Assembly: GCF_001447785.1 (NCBI RefSeq)
Contig: NW_015172560.1
Location: 371,240-435,239, forward strand
From: Gekko japonicus
Lineage: Eukaryota
Length of the DNA: 64,000 bases
Reading direction: 5' to 3'
Shown: piece by piece, positions 24,759 to 37,506 of the stretch
Numbering within the stretch: the first letter of the stretch is position 1
Layout of the letters: each line of letters starts with the position of its first letter
Notes under the pieces: model-generated
Seen by the model: the letters and a program-made list of their open reading frames with translations, nothing else
Database searches by the model: none
Told to the model about the DNA's origin: nothing
Translations under genes and position numbers: made by a program

Positions 24759-26696
24759 GTGAGTACAGTGATCTCAAAGCTCACCAAACCACAGATGTAG
24801 TAGCTGCCCCCCTCCTCAATTTCAAGTCTTATTCCTCTCCACCCCCATCCCCAAAATAAACTACAAAGGTATTTCTGTGCTTAGTGTTGCAGGTGATTAT
24901 TATCGACAGTGACAAGGTGACCTAAATACTGAATGTTTTAAATCTATTAGGCACATATTCCACAGATTTACCTGTTTCATGTCAAAATATGTAAGAAAGA
25001 AAGCAGCCTAATGAGATGATGATGTATTTTCTGTAGGTTGGGATAGTATTGCTTCACAGCAACTTGCCTTGTGTTGGTATTCAGCTTGCATTGACTTTAC
25101 GTCTTCTCTTAGCAGTGTAGGCGTTTTCTTGTGGTGTTTATACACAGTAGGTTATATCAGAGAAACTGAGTTGTGCAGTTGAACTTTGCAAACCAGGATG
25201 TAGTATCTTACTATATGCCTGCCTCTTGATTGATGGGTCCTTCATGGGGAAAAAAGTATTTTCAGCAATTGTAATTCCAATGGCATCCTTTAAAAAAATG
25301 TGTTCCTCCACAGCAAGCATTCCAGAAGTCCTAAGTACAACCAGAGTAATACCCTGCAAAACACAGTTGGCAGCTGGATTGTAATTGTGCAGAGAGTACC
25401 CCTATAATATGTCAATTAATTGTAGCTTGTCTGGTTTTTTTGCTTATAAGTGGGATACATGTATGTGTAAGAAATAAATCTGTTTTTAAGGGGAATTACT
25501 TAACCAAAATGTTTATTATTTTTTTCAAGTTTGCTGTTATAAACCATTAAATTTAGTCAGAAAAAAATTCCTCGGAAAAAACTTCATGCTTCACTGCATT
25601 TGTAATGTTGCACATTCCATTGAGATGTTGGGTCTTGCTCAACAAAAACTCTTGATGGACTTAGTATTTATATGGAACAGAGCAAATGGATGTGTTTGGT
25701 AGATTTGGGCAAATAGTAGGGATGGGAAAGACCACACACAATCTACTTTGCACTGGTTAGCGCAATGTACTAGGCTTGCAGTGTGCAAATAATGTGGCAT
25801 AATTTATGGGTTGTGCTGCCTGACCAGTATGGCCAGTCATATTAGAGAGGTGCCTGTGGAATGGCCTATTACAATCTACATGCTGCTCCACCAGTGGCTG
25901 GTGAGGTCTGAAGTTGGTGGGGACAATTTCTCTTACTCATGCATAGTATGCATCACTACAACAGGAAATTATAAATCATCATTGGGGATCTTTTATTCTG
26001 GATTTATTTTATTGACTGTATACGGATATTTTAAAATTTGTATTTGTTTTATGGCATTTTGCCTTTTGTACATTGCCCAGAGCCCAGCGTAAGCCAGGAT
26101 AGGGTGATTAATAAATCGAATTATCATCATCATCATCATCAATAATAATAATACAGTGGTGCGTATGTCTTCAACACACATGTACAGTTTTCTTGTGTGT
26201 TTGTGCACACTTGGATAACCACCATATGCCAAACAAAAGCCCTTCACTTCCACCTGTACTGTATTTTTCAAAAAGTATTATCTGCCACTCTAGCAAAAGA
26301 CAACTGAAAGTTACTTTTTGCATTATCACACTAGATCTGATAATTATCCCTTGTGTATTTACATCATTTTTATAAATTAAATTAGGCAGGCTATAACATA
26401 CCTTTGGGATTGCCAGCTCCCAAAGAAGTTGAAGAAGGGGTGTCTCTTTATATTAAAGATTCAAAACAACAATGATTGTATGTAGAACATAACATGCAGC
26501 CAACCTGATATTGCTTAACTAAATTTCTCTAAGTAACGTATGATACACTACTTTTATCATGGTTAATGGAATTATACCAGTGAAGTTCTTTGAGCACTCA
26601 GAAACATTATATAAATGCTCTGTACCAATTTCCATAGTCCTCATACATGAGGTCTTCCCTTACAAAATAAATGTAAGAAGTTACCGAGACATTCCA

Positions 26697-26939
26697 GAGA
26701 GCCAGTTTGGTGTAGCGGTTAGGAGCGTGGACTCTAATCTGGGAGGACCGGGATTGATTCCCCACTCCTCCACATGCAGCTGCTGGTGTGACCTTGGGTC
26801 AGTCACAGTTCTCTCAGAGCTGCTCTCAAGGGCAGTTCTCAAGAGAGTTCTCTCAGCCCCACCTACCTCACAGGGGAGGGGAAGGGGAAAGGGAAAAGGA
26901 TTGTAAGCTGTTCTGAGTCTCCTTCAGGTAATGAAGGGC
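26697..26939 (+). mobile_element. Squam3-type SINE, runs into assembly gap
   Basis: gagagccagtttggtgtagcggttagg head and conserved body. Confidence 0.85.
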
Positions 26940-27094
26940 NNNNNNNNNNNNNNNNNNNNNNNNNNNNNNNNNNNNNNNNNNNNNNNNNNNNNNNNNNNNN
27001 NNNNNNNNNNNNNNNNNNNNNNNNNNNNNNNNNNNNNNNNNNNNNNNNNNNNNNNNNNNNNNNNNNNNNNNNNNNNNNNNNNNNNNNNNNNNNN
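26940..27094. other. Assembly gap (155 N)
   Basis: Run of N. Confidence 1.
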
Positions 27095-29144
27095 ATAGCT
27101 GTAATTTTTGCAGACATTCCTTGAAGGTGTTAAATATGCAGCCTCCAACCTCTCCATACAGCTGCCACTAAAGCTCACAGTCTCCATATCGGGTGCTATG
27201 TGAGGCACTGATACAAAGACAGTTATAACTGAGGAAGTTGTTCCCCCACCCCAAACATTTTTAATATAATATAGAACTATTGAAAACTCCATGATTGCTT
27301 TCAGTCATCTCCTGGAGATTAATGCTGATCTCATTGAGACTCTATGCCAATCCTGGAGGAGTGGAAACCCTACTGCACAAGTTTATACTTTGGGAACCCT
27401 ACCCACAACTGCTGGCAGTCTCAGCAGCCATCGGCTGAAAGTTTTGATAATTAATTGAGAAGAAGGGCTGAAAAGTGAACCAATTAAATGGGCCCTCCCT
27501 CTACTGACAACCATTGCAAGGGAGTCTTGCCTTATGAGTCTCGAGACTGTAGGCTCCCCCCTTGTCCTGACAGCCTCAAAGAGGCCTGAGAGAGAAGCCA
27601 GCTTGAAACTAAAGACTCAGACCTGAGAGAGAAGCCATGGGATTGGACAACCAGAAGAAAACCAGAGTTAATTAGTAAGTGACTTAGCCTAGGCCACACA
27701 GGAATCTTTAAATGAGTAATACAACTAAGTCTTTAAATGCATTTTTTTTCTTGGAGGGGTCAAGTCCCATTTGTCCATAAAGAGGAGCCTGCTGTGGGCC
27801 AAGTGCTCCCTGTCTAACAGTCCCAGTGTCTGTCCTGTAGCTATTTATTAATTAAGACATTTATATCCTGCCTTTCCTCATGGTTCAAGGTGGCTTACAA
27901 TAAAAATCATCAGTTAAACCCAAAAACAAAATAGCAAACTCCACTTCTCCCCACACCTTAAAAGACGCCTGCCTTTCAAACCTCCTCAGAATCCCTGACA
28001 AACAGGCAGGCTTTTGACCATCCCTTCATTTTGCTTCCCTGGATGGTTCTAAGATGTCATATATACTTATGGGTGTTGAACATGGTGGACATCACCAATG
28101 CGCCTGATTGCTTTTGCATGGTATCTGTCAGAATCACAGGACTATGCCAGCTGTGCTATCACTACTTGTTTTGATGGGTCAGACTGGGTCCATAGCTACG
28201 GTGGGGCATGTTGGGGCCACACCCCCTCATTTTACAGCCATGCCCCACAAGTTTCTATGCCAGAAAACAGTTTTTAAAAATATTTATTTGTGTATTATTT
28301 CAGTTGATTCACACCGTGCCATGCCCTGCTCGTGATTAGCCGGTCCTGCGCCTTCTGATTCACTGGTTCTGGCACCGTGTGACATCACCTGCTCCGCCCT
28401 CCCTACCTGCTCCCTGCCCATGATTAGCTAGCTGGTCCCGTGCCTTCCAGGCCCATAGCTCCACCCGGCACCCTCCCTACCTGTTCCCATTCCCATAGTG
28501 TGAATAAACTGTAAAAATCCTTAGTTCGGATGATCCTCAGTGTGGCAGCAGGGCTGATCCTGACCTGGAAAGGACCCTGGTAGGCACCTCTTTTCACAGA
28601 TGTCAGACTTGTTGGGTGTGGTAGGGTTTGAATGAAGAGTTACCAAAACTCCTATTTGCGGCAGCAGCTCATGGGGGGGGGGGGGTTGGGGTGAAGAGCC
28701 AAAAATACAATTCATTGTTGAAGAGCTGCTGTAGGAAGCATACCCAATGAGCCTGTGCCTCTACGACAGTTGGAGAGGCGTGGGGGGCAGTCTTTTTCTG
28801 CTTCCACAGCTGACTTTGTCTGCAGAAGCAGGAAGAAAACCCAGTGAGCCTGCGCTTCTCCGACAGAGAGGCGGGGGGGGTTCTTCTCTCTTCCACCCCC
28901 CTGGATTTCCCAATTTCCCACCACCCAGAATTTTCTGGCTATAGCCCTGGGTCAGTCTGCTTTTTTTTTCCCTGGGTTTTCATTTTTGAATTCTCCCCTG
29001 TGAACTTGCTAAATTTTAGGTATTCTTGATGTTAAAAGTAACAGCTGATGAGTGGTGAATGGTTTGATTTGCAGAAAGGAATCCTATGAAAACATAATTT
29101 TTACACACACACAATTTTGTAAATATATCTTTAAAACATTTATC

Positions 29145-29379
29145 TGCTGCTGCTTTGGAGACCTGGAGGTAGTTCACAGAATAATACAAGATAACTTTAA
29201 AAAACCCATAAAATCAAATGATTAAAAATTTGGACAATAAAAAATAGAACATATATACAGATGCTGCTGCTTTGGAGACCTGGAGGGGGTTCACAAAATA
29301 ATACAAGATAATTTTAAAAAAACCATAAAATCAAATGATTAAAAATGTGGACAATAAAAAATAGAACATATATACAGAT
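29145..29379. repeat. ~117-bp tandem duplication
   Basis: tgctgctgctttggagacc...catatatacagat occurs twice with a few substitutions. Confidence 0.9.
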
Positions 29380-29598
29380 AGAGATGCAATTGTAGGACAA
29401 AGAATTCTAACTAGAGTGTAAATGAAGATGAATTAACTGGAGGTCAAATAAAAAACTATTGAGTTTGATTATTAGCAATTGCAGAAGGCTAATTAAAGTA
29501 GAGTGCAAAATCAAAGCCAGATACCAGGAGTTGCCATGTAAGGTGGGGATGATGCTCTAAAGCATGGAAATTGATTTAATGCATAAGAAATATACATC

Positions 29599-31200
29599 TT
29601 ATTTATTTATTTGGGTTTGTATTCTGCCCTCCCTGCAAGTGGGCTCAGAGCGGATCACATCATAAATAGATAAAAACATACACTAATAAATATAACAGTA
29701 TTTAAAACAACTAAGTTATACAGTTTAAAACAGCCGTGTATAAACACAATCACAGTTTCAGTTGGAGTGGTAGAGTCCAGAGATCATCTTAATCTGGGAC
29801 AAATAATGATGTGAAACTTCAGTGAAGGAGGTCAGCTTCATTGGATGGCCTCTGCCTCAACCAAAGGCCTGGCAAAACAGCTCCGTCTTACAGGCCCCAT
29901 GGAATGATAATAAGTCCTGCAGGTAGGGCTGCCAATTCCCCCCAGGGGGCGGATTTCCCCCCGCTTTGGAGGCCCGATTTCCGCCGCCGCGGAATCGGGC
30001 CCTGGGGGAAACCCCACCCCGGCATGCACGTCACCCGGATGTGACGTGATGACGCCGGGCACGCTGGGGGCGGGGCCCCAGCCATTTGAGGGGAAAACAT
30101 AGAGTTTCCCCCTCAAATGTCTGTGGCCCCGCCCTCAGCGTGCCCGGCGTCATCACGTCATATCCGGGTAATGTGCATGTGGCGCGCATGCGCAAAGTGC
30201 CGAGCGGGAGCCCCCCACCACAAGGTAAGAACGATTTGGCAATCCTACCTGCAGGGCCCTGATCTCAAATGGGAACTTGTTCTAGTGGGTCAGGGCCAAA
30301 AAAGCCCTGGCCCTGGTCAAGGCTAGACAGATGACCCTCGGGCTGGGGACTAGCAGCAGATGCTGAACCATTGAGCACAAGGCTTTCCGGGACACATATG
30401 GGGAAAGGCAGTTCTGCAGGCATGTCGGTCTGTGGCCATGCAAGACTTTAAAGGTCAAAACCAGTGCCTTAAAGTGGATCTGGTACTCAATCAGTGCAAA
30501 TAGCATAGCAGCGACTGGGTGTGTGCCCACAAAGGTGACACAGTCAGCAAGTCCTCCACTGCATTTGTGCACCAGCTGGAGTTTCTGGATCAGCAGCAAG
30601 GGCAAGCCCGCATAGAGTGAGTTACAGTAATCAAGCCTGGAAGTGACCATTGCATTGGTCACTGTAGCCAAGTCCTGGGGGGAGAGGTAGGGAGCCAGCT
30701 GCCTGATCTGCCGAAGATGATAAAAGGCAGACCTGGCAGCAACTGTGGTGACCTGGGCCTCCATAGTAAGCAAGGCATCCAGGATTACCCCCAGGCTCTT
30801 CACCCTCTGGACTGGCACAGGTCCTGACTCAACCGCCCGGGTTTCGGTACAGGCCCTCTGTCTTTGTGGGATTAAGTTTCAGCCAGCTCTGCTGCAACCA
30901 TCCAGCCATGGCCTCCAGTGCCCTGGTCAGATTTTCTGGCGTGGAATCTGGGCAGCTGCCCATCAGCAGATAGAGCCGGGTGTGATCTGCATATGGGTGG
31001 CACCCCAGACCAAGCTCCCAGGCCAACTGGGCGAGGGGGCTCATATAGACATTAAACAACATTGGCAAGAGGATTGCCCCCTGTGATACTTGACTGTGGG
31101 TATCACTGAGAGATCTCCCCGCCAGGCGCCACCCTCTGTCCCTGACCATGGAGAAAGGAGAAAAACCATTGCAGGGCCATCCCTCAAACTCCTATGTTGG
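29599..31200 (-). mobile_element. L2 LINE, 5'-truncated, RT remnant
   Basis: QGAILLPMLFNVYM...YADHTRLY, VKSLGVILD, SRLDYCNSLYAGLP; (TTTA)n tail. Confidence 0.9.
29924..30247. mobile_element. Young CpG-rich hAT MITE nested in L2
   Basis: TIRs tagggctgccaa / ttggcaatccta; perfect TSD cctgcagg; internal inverted repeat. Confidence 0.9.
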
Positions 31201-31233
31201 TGATTCCTACACTATGGATGTATATTGATCTCA

Positions 31234-31445
31234 TGAATATGTGAAGCTGCCGTATACTGAATCAGACCCTTGGTCCATCAGGGTCAATATTGTCTACTCA
31301 GACTTGCAGTGGCTCTCCAGGTTCTCAGGTAGAGGTCTTTCACATCACCTACTGCCTGATTCTTTTAACTGGCAATGTCAGGGATTGAATCAGGGACTTT
31401 CTCATGCTGGGCAGATGCTATACCATTCAGCCACAGCCCCTCTCC
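31234..31445 (-). mobile_element. tRNA SINE with CR1-like 3' tail
   Basis: tgaagctgccgtatactgaatcagacc tail; B-box and A-box-like head on the minus strand. Confidence 0.7.
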
Positions 31446-33119
31446 TTATTGACTTTGTTTCAGCAAAGTTGCCTGTGTCCTAATTGAAGAAACTGAAAAC
31501 CAATTACAGTCTGGTTTATGCAATGGTTATGAAATTAAGTTTAGCATCAAATATAGTGGGCATTCTGTCGACAAATGTTATTTTGTGGATCTATGGCAGC
31601 ACAGTTGTTGTAAATGCCTTGAGACCCAGATGTTCATCACCTTTAGTGTGTTTCTGTGGCCAGTGTTGGTTAGGAAATGCCTGAGCTTTCCTCTTTAGTA
31701 GTTGTGCAGCATTGGTGACTGGGTAATGTACCTGAATATGCTGTTGTGCTGGCTTTTGCAATGATTCCAATGCTGTTTTTTTTAAAATAGCCCACAATTG
31801 TAGCACTTATAAGGATATGTCAAGAAATATATTTTCACATAGATAACTAGTTTTGGATGACAGTTTTCATATCTGAAAATCTTTACATTGCTACCTCTTA
31901 TGTGACATTCAAGATCGACAGGAAGAGCTTCCAAATTCTGAACAAAATAGGTCACTCTTCGTCTCATGAAAAAAAATTGGAATGCATAACTAGAATAAAT
32001 TATGCAAAGTAGGCAAATTTGCTCAGTTTACATGCTTTAATTGATTGCCTTCAATTTTGTTGCAGATTACAGATTATGAAACATGAACTGGAGGGAATGT
32101 GCCATATATAGACGTCTAGTTCCTAAGTATTTAGCAGAATTTGCACACATCTTTTTTTGTTTTCACGATAAGCACAAGGGCAATTTACTTCAAATTTTAA
32201 AGTGAAAGCTTAAGTTTTTCATGATTCCATAGTTGTCAGTTTAGCATTTGAGAGACTCCTTTGATTCACAGTCACATGGCACATGCTGATAGTCATTCGT
32301 GTACTTTGTGAATGTGAAGTGTGTGGTATTTAATTTTTAAAAATCCTCTTTGTGGGTTTCTAATATATTTATTTATATTTACTTCAAAGCACTCTGCATC
32401 TTTTTGGGAGGGTGGGGTAAAAGTTTATCTATATGATTTCTATATTTATCTCAACCAAGAGATGTGTGGCTGTATTAGCAGTTGTGAAGCCCCCTTTTCC
32501 CTTCTCACTGAAAAGATGTTTGCATTGTTTCCTACCCCTAACAAAGCTGAGAGTTGAGCTGCCAAGAGAGCAGCCTAGTTGTGTGACTCTCTGAATGAAG
32601 AGTCAAAGCAGAGAAGACAAATATTGATGCATGGTGAAAAAATACTGTATTCCATACAAAGATGCCTACGTGTTTCACACTTTATTTTGTCAGGGGCTCT
32701 GTAAGGAAACCTTCTTCAGGATGTTCCCATGTTTTTCTTCTCTGCTTGGACTCTGCATTGGTGCGTCTCCCCCTTTCATCTCTGGATAAGGGCCACAAGC
32801 CAGATTCTGGAAAGTTGCATGTGGGGGATTCTTTCCTTCCTTGACACAGCATCCTTTTTCACATGCTGTAGTGGGTAGTTTATATGTGGAAATCTGTTAC
32901 TGCACATGTTGTTCTTCTCATTGGATTGGTGCTATGACTTTTTAAACAAATACTTCTTCAAAGGTTTTTTCCCCTACAAAGCTAAATTGTTGGGGAGGGG
33001 TTGCTTTGTTTCAAACTGATGACTGTTATTACTGGAATTGGGTTGTATTCAGTAGGTATATTACTAGTGATGTCAATGGCATGTGTATGGTACCAATAGC
33101 ATATACAAACAGAATGTTA

Positions 33120-34290
33120 TGTGAGTAACAGGACGCACCTGGAGTATTGTGCGCAGTTCTGGAGGCCTCACTTCCAAAAGGTTGTGAACAGAATGGAGCG
33201 GTTGCAAAGGAGAGCGACAAGGATTATTGGGGGCCTGGAGACCAAGCCCTATGAGGAAAGACTGAGGGTCTTGGGGGACATGATTGTTCTGTTTAAGTAT
33301 TTGAAGGGCTGTCACTTAGAGGAGGGCAGGGAGCTGTTCCTGTTGGCAGCAGAAGATAGGACTCACCATAATGGGTTTAAATTAAGGGCAGGAAGGTACT
33401 GGTTGGATATTAGGAAAAAACCTTTTTACAGGAAGAGTTGTGCAACAGTGGAATCAGCTGCCTACAAAGGTGGTGAGGTCCCCCTCACCAGCAGTCTTTA
33501 AGCAGCAGCTGGACAAACACTCTAGAGGGATGCTGTAGGCCAGGGGTGGGCAAACTGCAGCTTGGGAGTCACATGTGGCTGTTTCACTCATATTGTGCAG
33601 CTCCTGGTGGGGAAGCTGTGGAAACGAAGGGGAGGCATGCCTCCCCCATGGGTTTTCCCTTCCCCAGCCAGTATTCCCCTCCCTGGGTAGGCTTGAATTG
33701 GGGGGGAGAGCAGAGAAAGAAAGCTACTCTAACTTAAAATGCATTCTGAAAGCCCCCGCCACCACTGGCCAGCTTGGAGAAAGCATTTGTCTCTTTAAAT
33801 CCCTTTGCCAAGCCAGCAAGGATATGGGTACGGGGGGGGGGCTTGGAGGACGCAGTTAAAGTTGCTTTCTTTCCACCTCTTCCTCCCCCATCTATCTGCT
33901 TTCTTTGTTTCTCTTGCTTTTTCTTTTCACCTCTTTCAGTTCTTTCTTTCCACCTCTCCCTCTCTTTCTCTCTCAGACAAATAAATATCATCAGCAAACA
34001 AATATCATTGGACAAATAAATATAATTATCAATATTTGTTTTTACCCCTTTTGTTTTTATTTTGGCAGTCTCATTTAATGCTAATAAAAAGCAAATTTGC
34101 ATATTTTCCAATTAAAATGTGTGTGTGATATTTGTTCATGTCTTGCAGCCCTCATGCAACTGATGTTTATTCTATGTGGCTCTTATGTTAAGAAAGTTTT
34201 GCCAACCCGCTCTAGGCTGATCCTGCATTGAGCAGGGAATTGGACTAGAAGGCCCTTCCAACTCTGTGATTTTAAGATTCTATGATTCTA
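33120..34290 (+). mobile_element. CR1 LINE 3' part, interrupted by a hAT element
   Basis: HLEYCAQFWRPHF...ERLQRRATRII...YEERL...GDMIVLFKYLKG; (ATTCTATG)-like terminal repeat at ~34270-34290. Confidence 0.9.
33541..34209. mobile_element. hAT (Charlie-like) MITE
   Basis: caggggtgggcaaact ... agttttgccaacccg; TSD ctgtaggc / ctctaggc; CR1 resumes after it. Confidence 0.75.
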
Positions 34291-34633
34291 TAACTTGAGA
34301 GCCACTGATGTGTTATGGTTAGAGTTTTGTTGTACTAGGATTGGAAGGACCTGGGTTCAAGTCCCCACTTTCCCATGAAGCTCATTGGGAGACATTGGGC
34401 CAAGCTTACCTGCATGACGGGATTGGTATGAGGATAAAATGGAGAAATGAAGAACATGAAAGTCATCCTAAGCTCCTTTGAGGAAGGGCAAACAAAATTG
34501 TTACAGAAAGTATAAAAAACAATACTGAAAACACTGATGCAGGCAACAACACTAATTGAATTCCTTCCTTCTAAAAAAACTTTTTGTGGGATTAAAAAAT
34601 ACTAATTAAATTGCAGAGGTATTTGTTAATGAC

Positions 34634-34841
34634 ACCATGCATAAACACCGTGGCTGTTGTAGACTGCCGTTCAAAACGTCTCTTGGTGCATTTCCAGCAC
34701 TTGCTTTTATAGAAGCTTACCATGCATAAACACCGTGGTAATGATATTTACTAAGTCATAACAAATATCGCATTGGCTGTTGTAGACTGCCGTTAAAAAC
34801 GTCTCTTGCTGCATTTCCAGCACTTGCTTTTATAGAAGCTT
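34634..34841. repeat. Tandem duplication, first copy internally deleted
   Basis: accatgcataaacaccgtgg...tatagaagctt twice; copy 1 lacks ~37 bp between tgg microhomologies. Confidence 0.9.
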
Positions 34842-35849
34842 TTGCAGCAGTTTGACACTCTGTGAATTAGTGGAGGCAGACTGTTTTCAGTTTGCTTTAG
34901 TTATCTGAAGGACTTTGGAGCCAAATATGGAAACTGAAACTGATAAGTGATATTTCTTTCCACATTCTGTCCTGGATCTTGTAAATAATTTTTGTACATA
35001 GTTAATACTTGAGGATGAGTCGGATCTAAAACTAGTTTTCTACTAGGAGAATGCAATTAAGTTTGCTTTGCAAAATAATTAAATCAAAGCTGTCAGAAGC
35101 AAGTTAACTGAAGCTAAATGATGCTGGGGAATAGAAATAAGCATTTCGTCATCTGTTAAACTGTAGTGGTATATATTGTATGCAGCAAGAATTGGTTTTG
35201 TAGATTTGAATGTTTCATTTAGCTTTGTTCGTATTAAGGACCAAATTAATTTAGCTTGAATTATGTTACTTAACTATAGGGATGTGCACATCAAACATTC
35301 TTCAGATTAATTTCAGATCTAAATTTGAGGACAGCATATTTTTTGTTATCCCAAATTTTTGGAACTCTTCTTACTTTTTTGGGACCCTTTCAGGTGTTTT
35401 TTTTAACCTGAAAATTCAAGACAATTTTAGCAATTGCCCCCTCCATTCTCCACCCCAAAGAGGCATCAGGAACAGGCGGGGAGGGAGGGACAGGAAGGGG
35501 CATTATTTTCTATGGGAAGACCTTGCCTCCCATAGAAAATAATGGCCCTTTAAAATTTAAAGGGCCTAGAGACCTTGACTAACAGCTGATCAGATAGATC
35601 TGGCTTCTCAAGCAAGGTCTACTGCCCATAGGAATTAGTGGAGGGATTGCTTCCTATGGATGGGAAAGAGCCCAGGTCTTCTACCAATAGGAAATAATGG
35701 CTCCATTATTTCCTGTGGATGGTAGGCCTACCCTCCCAGGTCAGGGCAACCCAATCACCTGTTAGTCAATGCTTCTAGTCCCTTTAAATTTTAGGGGGTT
35801 GCTTTTTCTATGACGGCAGATCTGGCCTTCAATTTTAGAAATAATTTTG

Positions 35850-36745
35850 AAATTGTTGGGATTGGTCCTCTCAGTTGGACTGTCCATCTTGGGCTATTAT
35901 GGAGCATTCTTCTTCTTCTTTATATGGAATGCATTAGGGCCTATTCATGCTAATATAGATCCTGTTCCTCCAGCAATTTCTCCTGTAAGAGAATTATGGC
36001 ACATATTGTCACGGCAATATCAATGTGATCCATCTTCACATGCTAAATCAACATTATGGGCCGATCCAGATGTAAAAGTTGGGAAGAAATCTTTTTTATG
36101 GAAGACTTGGACAGATAGGTGGAATTTTACTTTGGACCAATTAGTAGACTGACAACCATTTTTTGTCATTTTCTTAGCTGAGGTTTAGATATGACTTTGT
36201 CAACCTCTGTAGATGGCAGTATTTACAACTACAACATCTGTTGCTATCTAAATATGGCCCTGCAGCACTAATTGTTTCAGTCTCACTCTTGAAACCTCAT
36301 TTGAATCAATGCAGAAAATGAAATCTACAATGTTCGTAAAAATCTGATGTTGACTAAGAAACATGAAATGCAAAGTTTCAAGAATGAAGGGAATAAGGAG
36401 CTAGATTGCCCTATTATGTCAAAGCAGTGGCACATTGTTGTTTCTTTGGATTTCAAGCTGCGACTTATTAGGCAAAAAGTTATGTTTAGGATATATTGGA
36501 CACCTCATTGCCCTTTTAATAAAGAACTGAAAGTGTCTCATTGTTGTATCTTACAAGACATGTCTCTTAAACATATGATTTGGACCTGTCCAATTATTTG
36601 GTCTTTTTTTAGAGAAAGTAATTATTCATATCAATGTTCATTGATCTTTGTGGATGCTTATGTACTTCTAAACGATTTGCCTGTCTCCTGGAGGCTAACT
36701 GATGGAAAATGGGCCCTCCATGCCCTTACTGTTATGAAAAGAGAC
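35850..36745 (+). mobile_element. Degraded L1/Tx1-clade ORF2 C-terminal region
   Basis: KLRLIRQKVMFRIYWTP...HMIWTCPIIWSF zinc-knuckle-like motif; probable continuation at ~37170-37270. Confidence 0.7.
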
Positions 36746-37506
36746 CAGGTCTACTGCGTACAGGAAATAATGGCTCCAGTATTTCCTGTAGGTGGTAGTC
36801 CTAGCCTCCCAGGCCAGGCCAGCTGTTACTCAGGGTCTCCAGACCCTTAAAATTCCAAAGTACCACTATTATTTTATGGGGATAGACCTGGTCTCTAATT
36901 TTGGAGGCCTGGTCTTACAGAAAATAATGTTCCTTTATAATATAAAGGGAGGGAGATGCTGTCAAACACCTGTCTGGCAGACCAGTGACCTCTCTCTCCC
37001 TCTTGGTTCCTGGCATCCCAAACACTGCTGTAATTATGGGAGATAATTTTTTGTTACTCCTGGAATTTGAGAGTGTTTTGGGTCATTTTGGCTATCCCCA
37101 AGTTGACCCAAACCAGCTAATTTCTAGTGAATTCTTGGTTTATGCATACTTGACTGCACACCCCTACTTTTGATTATTCTTATTTTCTGGTTCCAAGAAA
37201 CTAGTAGAACTGCCGCTTCTGGAAGACTGGGTTGCAAAACAAGTATTACAAACAGCTATTAATGCAATTGAATATTAATAGAATTTCAAACAAACCTATA
37301 TACCTGAGCATAGCAGTAAGTACAGATAAAACCATGAAGTTGCTATATGCCTAAATTTCTCTTGGTACTTTGGAAACTAATTGATATCTATACAAAATGA
37401 ATATTCACTATGTTGGTGAACATTTTTGGAATTTGCTGAAAGATTATCTTCTACAACCAAGATGAAAGGCTGAATTTGTTCATCAAGGAATAAGTGATAT
37501 GCAGGG

